Below, in pieces: positions 22,846 through 33,900 of a stretch of 61,948 bases of DNA. Below the pieces are notes generated by a model. The model searched no databases. It worked only from the letters and a program-made list of their open reading frames with translations, and was not told the DNA's origin. Source of the DNA: Chara braunii (Eukaryota > Plantae > Charophyceae). The position numbers and the translations under genes were made by a program. Each line of letters starts with the position of its first letter. Within the stretch, counting starts at the first letter, position 1. The DNA lies in assembly GCA_003427395.1 (NCBI GenBank), contig BFEA01000044.1, positions 2,975,793 through 3,037,740 of the forward strand. Direction: 5' to 3'.

Positions 22846-24470
22846 CGCTACCACTTCTCCCCGTGCGCTATCTCGCCGGTCGCTCGATGAGCACTCAGCC
22901 CAAACGCGCGCGCCAGGACCTCGGACTGCTGCGTCGGAGTCGAGCAGATTTTCGTGGAATGAATCTGCTCGTCTATCCAATGCTGATTCACTGAAGTGGA
23001 TCCATGGAGGGTAGCCACGGGATTAGAGAAAGTAAAAAAAAGAAAAAGAAAATAATAATAATGGAATGATAACTTTAATAAAATAAAATCGAATCAACTA
23101 TAATTATAAAATAAGAAAATCCTACTACTAACTACCCCGTCGTGGCAACTGTCACAACGGGGTCTAACTGCAACTAACCCCGATTTCGAGGTCACGGGTT
23201 CAAGGCCCGGTCGCCTGAACTCGGGTAAAACAAAAGTAAAGCCCCTTCATAAAAAGGGAGCTAGCACAAAGGTCGGGTTGGACTCGATGCCTACACACTG
23301 AGCTTGACAGTCCGTCACCTGAACCTACTAAGCTAGCTCCCACTTTGAGTGAAAAAAGGGGCAACTTAGTATACAAACAGTAGCAGGGCTCAGTCCGACC
23401 CGCGGCCTGAGCCCGTTTCTTTTTTTCTTTTCTTAAGTTAGCGCGTGCATACGTTTGCAGGTTGGTGTGCCTGCCTGAGTGTTTGTCGGCTTGAGTGTGT
23501 GTGTGACCTGCAAGTCTGTGAGTGTCCCGCAGGTCTGCGTGTGTCCCGTAGGGACACCCGATTGTTTGAGCAGCCCGACACGACGGTATCTACCTATGGC
23601 CGCGACTTTGGGGTTTGCAGCGGGAAAACACTCAAGTAGCGGGTCGGCTGGTACTTAGCCGTGACCACGATATTGACGGTTGCGGCGGGAAAACACTCAA
23701 GTAGCAGGTAGGCCGGTACCACATCGAGTAGACCTGTCGGGTAATCGAGGCCGATCAGAGGAAGACAAAGTAGGCATTTCCAGAGGCCCAGTACCATCGG
23801 GTAGGCGGGCACCGGTTTCCAGTAGTACGAGTCTAGGTCCTATGCGGATGATATCAGAGCCTCTAACGGTATCTCTCTATGCAGAGGGATGAAGGCACCG
23901 GTCTCTCGGGTGGCGGTGTGGTCAGGAAGTCACCGCCCAAGGGCGACTACCTCTCTACCTACGGGAGGATGAGCTAGAGCCTCAACCTCGCTTACAGTGC
24001 ACTAGTAAGGATAAAGGTACCGCTCAAGCAAACGTCAACAGTCGGGGCGCTACCTCAACCGTGATGACTATACACTAATAATTGCTCCGGTCGTACGACC
24101 GCCGGTCGTACGACCGGGGCGCATATTAGTTTATTCTGACTAATGTACTGACGATTAAGTCTCACCGTACATCGTAGATCTACTCGTTATAACATCAACC
24201 CTATCGACCCCTCAACCTCTTCAGTCGAAGGGTATTACTGCAAATCCTAACCTTCACAGCGTGCGTCATAACAACGCGCGCGCATACTTAATAAAATTTT
24301 CTACCGATTTTTGCCCCGTCCTCAATGGCCGAGGAATTTGTTTCGAGTGTCACGCTCAAGCGTGCACACCCTTTCTATTCCAGACTGGCTCCGTCATGGT
24401 AGCCGATGTCGTCACCGTGTCTAATGCAAAGACATCGCAAAATACCCTTGTAAGGGTATTTTGTCCGCCA

Positions 24471-27400
24471 ACCCCAAGAAGGCTCGAACCTGCGTCACCG
24501 ACGTGGGAATTGGAGCTTCTCTCACTGCCTCGACCTTTCTCGAGTCAGGCCGCAATCCTGCACGTGTCACGACGTAACTCAAGAACGAAATTTCGAGAGG
24601 AAAAAATCTCTCTTTTCGAGTGCGATCTTGAATCCAATGTCCCTTAGTGCTCCCAACGTCCACTCAATGTGTTGTGCATGTCCGTGATAGGTCTCCGAGT
24701 AGACAAGGATATCGTCCATGTATACAATCACGCTGAAGTTGATCATTCCCTAAGTTAACCGTGTCTTGTTGATGAAGTTCTGGAACGTCATGTTCATCGC
24801 TCGCTGAAACGTGGCAGGCGCGTTGCAAATCCCCATTGGACACCGAACCCACTGCCATGTGCCCTCAAACAACACGAAGGTCGTCTTTGACCGATCTTCC
24901 TCCTTAACCAGAATATGATGAAAGCCATGCCGAATATCAAACTTACTAAAATAATTAGCACATCCAATCGCATCCAGCAGATCATCGATTCGGGGAAGGG
25001 GATACACATCTTTAATCGTGATTTCATTTAGTTTGCGATAATCGATGCATATGCGTATTGACCCGTTCTTCTTCGGCACTAATACTACTGGAAACGACCA
25101 TGGTCCAGTGACAGGTTCGATCCACCCGCTTGCTTCGAATTCTCGAATTCGTTCGAGAGCATTTTTTCGTTCTATCAGGGAGTATCGGTATGGCTTGCAG
25201 TGGATGAGGGAATGATTTCCCGTCTGAATTTCGTGTTGGATGACCAACGACAAGCCGATGTCAGTGTCTGTTACGTTAATCGCTCCCTGATACTCTGTCA
25301 GAATGTCCGCAATCAAACAATGAATCTCATCAGGTACGTACCGTGACACGTGTAACTCAAAAAGTTGGTCCCAGATCCGTGCGTCGATCTGCTTCGTGCG
25401 TGCTTGTTTCGCCACATCGGGCGGTGGCGCAAAGATAAACGAATGGTTTGATCGCTAGGACAACACCGTGGCCATCATCTGGGCATCTTCCTCCCGGATG
25501 GCCATGTGTCCTTCCGGGGTGATCCCATCGCAGATAACTTGCCATGGTGCAGTTTTAGTTGCGATCTTTACTCCGAGCTCATCTGATTCAGCCTCGAGAC
25601 GCCCAGGGGGTTCCAAAGAACTGGTTTCCGCCCCTAGACGTAACAGTCGTACTTCCTTTACTCAGTGTTTCTTGTCGTTGTATCAGGCGAGGAGAGGGGA
25701 GATTCCTTCGTACAGGGTTTGAGGGGGTTCCAAAGAATCGACCATCCTCGAAATTTGTACGAGGGGTTCACCCAAAATCATCACCTTGGTCCTTTGAACT
25801 GACATTTCGTTAAAACTGACATTTTTTTCTAAATTCACGAAATTGAGCGTAAAAAACAACAACATTTTTTAGTGTTTTTTTGTCCCCATGACGTCGGATG
25901 ATCAGATCATCGGGTGTCGTGGCGACTCCCGATGATCTGACCATAGGATGTATGTTAACGGTACTTTACGTTGAGGTACATCAGATAGACAAAGTGAGAT
26001 AACCACTTTCTCACCCGATGAGCAATGAAATTTTGACCAAGTCCACTTTCGTGAATTTAGAAAAAAATGTTAGTTTTAACGAAATGTCAGTTTTTGGATA
26101 TTCCGACTGGTTAGGTGCATCGTTCTCGTGATCGTTCTGGATGGTGGGTAATAAATGCGTTGTCGTACTAGCTTCAGAATTTCCGGATCATTTTCGTCAC
26201 TGCTATCCGCATCCCTCGATGATGGCTCATCGTCTGCAGAATTTTCCCAGGTGATCATACGAAGAGTCCCCGCTATCATCGACGAAACTCGCGGGACTGT
26301 GTTAATGGTAGTACGAAGAGTCAGTCTCATAGGTACAGCATAGGGCTTTCCTCCTGTATTTCGAGGGATGATTGACTGTTGCTCGAAATCCAAGTTCGCT
26401 CGTAATGCCACAAGAGCGGGAAGTCCGAAAAGAATGTCGTAGGTGTTTACATCTAATACCACGACATCTCCCAGTGCATGCACCTTTCCCAATCGGAAAG
26501 CGACGTTGGTCATCCGTCCCACTGTTTTATTTTTTTCTTCGTCTGCCGAAACGAGCTGGTCCGTCTCTATAAGCATGATCAGATCGTTTTTCCTACCTGC
26601 CCTCTCAACTACTCGCAGTGAGATAGCCAAAACAACAGCTTCCGAATCAATGATTGCATTGTACGAAATTCCCCATATTTCGATGTCGCATTCCGCAGAT
26701 TTCCAGGGGATGGGTTTAATCCGTAGGAAATGATCGTCTTTCTGTATTAGTTCTACTCGTATCGGATCCGACGTGCCGGCTGTATTTTTATCTGGCCTGG
26801 GGCTTTTAGCTTTCACGTTCGTTGTTCGGGCGAGGGCAAATCGTTTTCGATTCGCCTTACAATGTTGTAGCATTCACTCATTAGCTTGTTCAGAGATCGA
26901 GAGCAGATGGCCGATCGAAAGTGGAATCCAATGGTCCAAGGTTCGAATGATGTTGAGCACATCGATTTCCCCAGTGACGAAGGTGGGTCCTCCCGACTCC
27001 ATCTCTCCTGGAGAGGGTCGCCACTCCCCCACTTCTTTCTGTTCCGGTGTTGGTTTGATCGTTCCGATCATTCCGAGCCCAGTATAACCAAGCAATACAT
27101 ACTGATCTAAGGGGATGAGCTTAGCAGCCTCTTCCATGGTTGCTAACGCACTTCTTACACCTTCCATTTCTTCCATAAGGGCTCCTACCCGTCAGGGTCC
27201 GTTAGCGATGGGGGCCACTGCCATTGGTGCGACCCCGACCCGTTGTTGCGGGGGCCGGTGGGGGCAGTCACGGGCTAGATGCCCTGGCTGATGACATGCA
27301 TAGCAGACATTCAGATTGTTCGCAGCTCCCCCGAGAGCAGGCGCTGGGGCAAGCCCTTGTTGGATCGGAGGGGCACACACCGCGATGGGCCGCATGTTTC

Positions 27401-28310
27401 TCATCATGGCTTCTAACCGAGCGTTATGCTCTCGCTGTTCCTTTTTGCTTTACTGGATTAGACTAATTAACGTCTTGGTTAGTTCAAAAATGGCAGTGGA
27501 CTCATTTGTCCTTACAGGGTTCTCAATTGGTGGCGGGGGTGCCGTCATTACAGGTGCCGGTGTCACAGGAACAGGGACACTCGTGATTACACTCTGGGCA
27601 GGTCGTTTAGGGGCTATCTGTTCCAGATAGGTGACCGGGCCAGACACAAATCCCATATTCTCGAACTTGTTCTGCAACGCGGCCAACTCAGCTCTTGCCC
27701 TTGCGAGTTCGGACATGTCCCCTTCCTTAGGATAGTCTTCTCCTTTCAGGAAGTTCTCCGCGAACTTACGTTCCATCTCCTCTGCAGCGGCCATGATCTG
27801 TTGCAGTGTGTGATTGATGGGGGAAAACTGCTTTCGCAGCTTTGCCCTTATCGTTCGACTGCGAAGCCCATCAATAAACAAATCTCTCCCGACTTGCGCA
27901 CCTCGCTCAGTTTTCACAAACATTCGGTAGAACCGGTTTCGATATTCTGCTATAGACTCGAGGGGTTTTTGCACCCGGTCCTTGATCATGTATAGTGCTT
28001 GCTCTGGATGGACATAATCAAATCGGTTCAGAAAATCCTGTTCGAAGGTCGGAAGATCTACCCATACATAGGTACTAAACCAGTGATGAGCGTCTCCTCC
28101 TAGTCGAGCATGAATGTTTACCTAAGCTTCGTTATCGTCATATTGCTGTGCTCGGAGCGTGGCCAACCATGCTCCTGCAAGATGATGTGCAGGGTCAAAT
28201 AAATAGAGATCAGGTGGCGTCATGGGAGCCCGTGCTCGTGGGGTGGGTTGATTAGGATTTGGTTGATTAACATTCTGCTGCGGATTCGGATTCTGTGCAT
28301 TAGCGTTCAT
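24471..28310 (-). pseudogene. gag-pol: Element B gag (CCHC knuckle), aspartic protease and reverse transcriptase, with stops
   Basis: CYACHQPGHLARDC; AIIDSEA...DILFG; KKNGSIRICIDYRKLN, YPLPRIDDLLD, PMGICNAPATFQRAM; YMDD at ~24713-24724. Confidence 0.93.
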
Positions 28311-28450
28311 GTTGGCTGCCCGTCGATTAGCCGATCTACTTCGGGTGATGACGGGGTCGCGTCTATGCGCGTTCCGGGGTCGAGGTCGCCCTCAGTTAGC
28401 CAGATCGTGCAATTAGCGTTCTATTAATCCTATAACCTGGCCACGTGTCG

Positions 28451-28463
28451 GGCTCCGATACCA
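28451..28463 (-). promoter_or_regulatory. Primer binding site, tRNA-iMet type (element B)
   Basis: TGGTATCGGAGCC vs canonical TGGTATCAGAGCC, adjacent to the LTR. Confidence 0.85.
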
Positions 28464-30939
28464 ACCTCACGCCCAGCCCAACTTCCTGATCGGAGTAGGA
28501 TGTGGGCCTGGAAGTGCGAAAAGGGGTGTGCCAAGGATCTTTGGGAAAGTGGGGGTGGAGTCCTAGGTGAGAACTGGGATCTCCTGTGGCAGAGTTTTTC
28601 GGGGGCATGAGTGCAATTTGGCGGAGAGGGCGGACCGCCCCTGGTCATAAGGCAGATGGCATGCGCGGGTCACTCAAGGCTTGGCGAGCCATTGGTTCCG
28701 AGGACGGCGGTTTGCAAGAAGGTCCCTTTGGGGTAGGTGGGGTTCCGATGAGTCAGGCCGTCGGAAGTTGCCACGTGGCGCCGGTCGTGTCGCGTTTGGG
28801 TTAGGCCTTCGGATTTCCGGGGTTCTCGGATCACCGCGTCGTCGGCAATTTCCGCAGGGTGTACTGGGCCAGTAGGGGGCTATGGCCTTCCACGGGACGA
28901 CGCTGAGTTGGTGATACGGAAGAAGAAGGCGGAAGGGAGGGAAGCTGGTGGAGATAACGACAAAGCCGGGGTGGTTGAAGTAGTGGGTGTGGTCCTGAGT
29001 GGGGAAATCAGAGCATCGGGGTCGCTAGTGGTGGCACAGTGAAACTCCCTAAGACACAATCGGTTCTCGGTTAGGCAAGGGTATCTCTGTCGGAGGATTT
29101 CGTTTATCCAAGGGGTGAAGTAGTCCGGGTCGTACAACAACGACTCCGAGCTCTCTAAGCATGCCATTATATCATCGCAGAGCTATGAGATGCCTAAGGG
29201 CGGGTCTGTGCCGATTGCGATCACCACGTGCAGGCCACGCGAATCAAGTCGCGCTTACGCGTGTTCGTACGGGATGACTGCTCCATCGCGGACCCTGGAT
29301 GGCCGCGTCCAAGCAGACAGTGCTTCTGCAATCGATGGTCCTTTTTGGGATTGACGAATCAACACACGGGGGTACGTGTAAATGTGCAACTCAGATCGCG
29401 TTTACACGCGTCCTCGCACGACGTTCGCTGGGCCAAACATCCGATTGTCTAATCACTCCGTAATTTTTTAGCATGCAAGATGCAACAACCACAACAGTCC
29501 AATCAAAAGATAAGCAAAAACGAGAGCAGGATTACCGATTGCACAAAATTCCTATCCTACTCATGAGTGCATCAAAGGCAGTAAACAAAGGCAAAGGCAA
29601 GGATCCGGTAGAAAGACAAACAACCAAACATGGCATTTATACATCCATTCGTTCAGCAACACACACACAGTGCATCTGAGGTGGAAATCGCAAAGACAAG
29701 TCTGAGCAAAAACCCAAGTCCAGATTCCGAAAAACAGAAACGGCAAATCACCCGGAGCCGGAATCAAAATTTATGTACACGAGACAGGAGGGAGAAAAGA
29801 TAAAAGAAACAACAAAACCGCGTCCATCAACCTCAGCTCCCTCTTCCTTTCTTTCTCTCTCTCTCCGATGCGAACAGTCCCTCGTCGCGCACCAACCCAC
29901 GAAGCCGTCACCCCGCTTAGTCCTCCCGCACCCGTCAGGTTCGCTCGCGCCCACAGTCCTTCGTGGCCCGTGTCAACCCCGCACGTTTGGCACCAGCTCG
30001 TCGGGTCGCCCGACTCCTGTTCTACTCACCTCTTACTTCGCTCGTGTGTCGACCCTCTCTGATCGCGCAACCCCGAGCTTCCAACAACTGGTTAAGAGAG
30101 CTAACCAATCGCGCAACCGGAATTTATAGAGTGCATGCATGCGCGAAAAACACGGAATTACAATGACTTATGAGGGAGATTAGAGAGAGAGCACCTGCAT
30201 TCTGTATGACCGGGCCGCGGCATGGGGGACGTAGCCGCTCTCCACGCATCAATCCGATCATGCAGACCGTGGCTACCGTGACCAAAAATGCAACAAAAGA
30301 AAGAGAAGAGGGGAGGGAAGGACAAAGCATAAGAAGAAGAATACAGTTACAATGACGCCAATCCAAAATTACAGTTACACACCCGATTAAAGGCGCCGAC
30401 TAATCCGAATTCCGTTGCAGCCGCATAAAGAAGCGCGTAGGCAAAAGACGCCACGCGACAAAAGAAAGTCCTAATTACAAAATTCCTAAATTCCTATCTA
30501 ATGCGAAAACGCGAAATGCACAAGTTCCGGGAAGAAAGTCCGAAATTTCGAGAGTCATCGGGGCTCGACAAAATTCGAAAAAAAATTCGAAGAAAAATTC
30601 GAAAAGAAAATTTCAAAAAGAACGAAGCAAAATTCCCGCTCGATGTCCACCCCTCAAAAGTTCTGAAACCGAAACAAAAGAAACGACGTCAACATTTATT
30701 AATCGCGCTCTTGGCGGCACATTAACCATCCACCCGACCAATCAATCGCTCGTCTCGGGACACGCTCAGTTCCGAACCCCGCCTTCGAAAAGGAGACGAT
30801 GAAAAAGACGAAGAAGCGAGGGTATTGATGCAATTTCCCACCGATCCCAATTTCCCGTAATTGGCCCAACCTTCCTAGCTTAAGACCCCTCATTGCAATC
30901 GCGCAGAAAGTCACGCGCTACAGAAAGTGGCTCGTCACA
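28464..30939 (-). repeat. Element B 5' LTR (lacks the terminal GCGTCACA seen in the 3' LTR)
   Basis: Collinear with 5646-8113. Confidence 0.9.
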
Positions 30940-33900
30940 TGCTTAGCTCTTGTAATATGGGTTAGCGTAGTAGGTACCGCCATCTGACTTTCACCCTGCA
31001 GATTTAGGGATCAAGCCCGGTCGCACGTAGTCCACTTGGCTATCTCCTTTTGAAGCTGCCCCTTCAGAAGTTTGAAGTGATGCGGTCGATTTCGACCGTC
31101 TGATCTTAGAGATCGTGCGGTTGAGATCGACCTCGTGCAAAATAGTATGACCCCTTCGCAAGGATGACAGGCATAAATCCAGAAATAGTAACTGTTCAAT
31201 TTTTTTTTATTTTTTTATTTTTATTTTTTGTGATCCCGGTCGGGATCGAATTCGAGTTTGTATCCCAACTCGACGTGGGAGGCCATGAACGATGACTCGG
31301 ATAAAACCGTTGGCATAAGCCAACGGTAGAAATCAGAAGAAGAAAAAAAAAAAAAAAAAATAGTAAACAAAGTTAGCGAGAGGCACCACATGGCGCCTTT
31401 GGAAGTGGCTGGGGCGTTTCAGGCCCGCGGGCAACCGTTTCTGGAGGCAGCGTTTCGTTTTTTTTTCTTTTTTTTAGATTTTTATTAGATTTTTTTATTT
31501 AGATTCGTTTGAGATTTTGTTTCTTTTAGATTCTGTTCTGGGAGTATACCGATTCTTACCGAATGAGCCGTTCGTTTTCGGACGAACGGGTTTCAGTAAA
31601 ACAGAAAAAAAAGGAAAAAAAACAAAAAGAAAAAAATCATGACTGTGCCAGACTGGTTTTGTCGGGCATCTATCGAAGCATCAAGGGGGAAGGCCGCGAC
31701 GAATGGATTTGCCGCGGTTAGCGGCCACATACAGGTGCGGGTCTTAAGACCTTGTATTTGAGTTACAACGGGGCTCTGCTCACACTGTTGGTGGCTTTCA
31801 GTTGTCTGCAACAATCGCGTTGTTCGAGAGAGAGAGAGAGTGAGTGAGTGAGTTGATAAGCCGCGCGCCTGTATCTGGCGCCTATTCAACCTAGATACAG
31901 GCACGGGCAGGGGGAAAAAAAGACCCTTTTGGGCTTAACACTAGTTTGACACTGTGAAGTGACCAAGAGGAAGGGAAGGCAACTCGGTTTGAAAAACGAG
32001 CTGCCCTTTTAGAAAAACGACAGGGCACGGTCACGTACGTGGCCGCGGATTTTGAGTAGATGTAGGGGATATAAGGAAAATAAGGGAGGGAAAGAAAAGA
32101 AAGGGAAACGGCCGCAAATATAGTCGCGACAGTGGAACAGATGCAACCCCTAGAAGGTTCTAAGGGTTGATGGGACTGCATCTGTTCAGATGAACAGGCA
32201 GTTCCGAAATAGCTGAATACAACCATTTCTTGAAGCACCTGATATGGGAAACGGCCAGGTACTCTTGGAAGTTGACGACGTCGGCTCCCCAAGGGGAAAA
32301 CCAAGGCTCATAGCTCCTGGCCATCGATTTAGATCGAGGGCCAGGAGCATTGACGAAATTTTGCCTGGCAGCTGCCCACATGCATTCGGCCAGCTATAAA
32401 AGCCAGCTTGCCACCCAGCAGCCTCACACTTGTGGCAATGCTGCTGGGGCATTCTACTTGAAGTAGATGCTGGCTGGCTGGTCGCTGGTGTGGTGAGGCG
32501 AAGTGTTGGAGGTCTGGAGAAGCACTTGGAGGAGGAGGAGAGAGGCAGCCATAGCTAAAGGCTGGGAGCTTCTGGCCCCACCTTTGTGCTTATACTGCAG
32601 GCCGGTGGGGAGGCTGTAGTTGCAGGACTACGGCAGGGTTGGACCGTGCAACAAAAGGCAACGTTTAAAGGGGGGGTGTTACCCAACGGTCTGCACGGTG
32701 GCAAAGGATTTCGAGTGGGAGGCTGCGCCGATGTATTTTTGGAAGGAGGTGTTGCCTAGATAGTGCGACGCGGCGGTGAATGCGCGGGGATATTTTCGGC
32801 TGTGTTTTTGGAAGGAGGTGTTGTGAATATCTTTTGTGCGGCGCCACGATACTTTAAGTGACATTATATTTAACAACATTTTGAGGGGAGGTGCTGGCAG
32901 AATTGTGCGGTGCGGCTGGTGAAGGGTTTTGCCGGCGGGTTCTGAATTTGCGACGGTGATTCTTTTGGCATGGTACTCGGCGGTGTGGCTGCTAAGGTGC
33001 GGGCTCTAGGACATTAAGGCTAGAGGTGCTTTTGTGTTTGGACGAACGCCACAAAGGGTTTTTTGGGAGACCATCTGGTGGTGCGGCGATGGCGTGGAGA
33101 TATTTGGGGCCCATATCGGGACCAAGAGAGTTGGGGGTTGAGACAGGGGCAAGTGTTGGTGAATACCTTATGTTCAGACTTCCTAATTGGTGAAGGTGGG
33201 ATTGGTGGTGCTATTCTTAGTGGGCAAGGTGCCGCTAGGACTGTAGTGGGGCCACGTGGGACTTGAAAGTGAGAGCACCCTCCTCGATGGCTATCTCGCA
33301 CCAATCCTAGTGAGTGACATTTGTGTCTGTGGTGACACCTGAAGGAGAGCGTGGGTTGTCTTTTGTAAACGACCACAACTTTAGAGTTGTGTAACCGATC
33401 TTTTTGGAGAATTTACTTGACTTTCTTGAGTGAGCCGTTTTCAACTTCACTCAAGGTCAGTTGTGACTCAGTTTCCCTTGCACACCTATGTGAATCCATA
33501 CCTTGCATGACCTTGCTTTGGATTCAGGGAAAAGGTAGTAGAGTAAGATGTGTGACGTCATGCATGTGGGAAAAGGGGGTTTGACTTTGGTTGGAATATG
33601 GATGATTTTTGGGTTTTTTTTTTTTTTATTCTGCAGGTAGGTAAAGGAATATGTGTGAGAAGAGATCGGCATTATGTTTGCTCAAGGGAGGATAAAAATG
33701 TTTACTCTTCTTCAACTCTTTACCTGTCTGTATGTCAGAAGAAGAATATAGTAAAGAAGACGAATTGACGGATGCTGAAAAAATGAAATTCATGGGAGAC
33801 GAAGATGAAGATTAAAAATAAAAATAAAAATAGTATTTTCCCCAAGGATCATCCCGTTTTATCCCGAATGACCACTTCCTTCTGTGCCCATCCAAAAAGA

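Larger units (their letters stand above)
12826..24470 (-). mobile_element. Element C: 11.6-kb LTR-bounded insertion (giant solo LTR or non-autonomous derivative, A-related) in B pol
   Basis: On -, begins TGGCGGACAAAATACCCTTACAAGGGTATTT (cf. A LTR start) and ends ...GCGCGCGACA with the same U5 motif as A 36200-36487; B pol resumes on both sides. Confidence 0.7.
5635..30939 (-). mobile_element. Element B: Ty3/Gypsy LTR retrotransposon with PHD-containing pol and extra 3' ORFs, nested in the A 5' LTR
   Basis: ~2.5-kb direct repeats at both ends with TGTGAC/GTCACA termini; PBS-iMet; gag, PR, RT, RH, IN on -. No clean TSD (GGTCT vs TGCTT). Confidence 0.85.

Noticed and set aside
15783-22994. Protein-coding ORFs with poly-I/N/L/S/R/E runs
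   Set aside because: Artefacts of microsatellite translation
23185-23216. tRNA/SINE B-box (GAGGTCACGGGTTCAAGGCCCG)
   Set aside because: T-arm-like hairpin only; no A-box or cloverleaf
27189-27194. Programmed gag-pol readthrough (TGA-CGG)
   Set aside because: In frame, but equally explained by CGA>TGA decay in a copy with many stops
31142-31156. PBS at TAGTATGACCCC / TGGTATGACCCC
   Set aside because: Present in both A LTR copies, so it is LTR-internal; a better PBS exists at 36490
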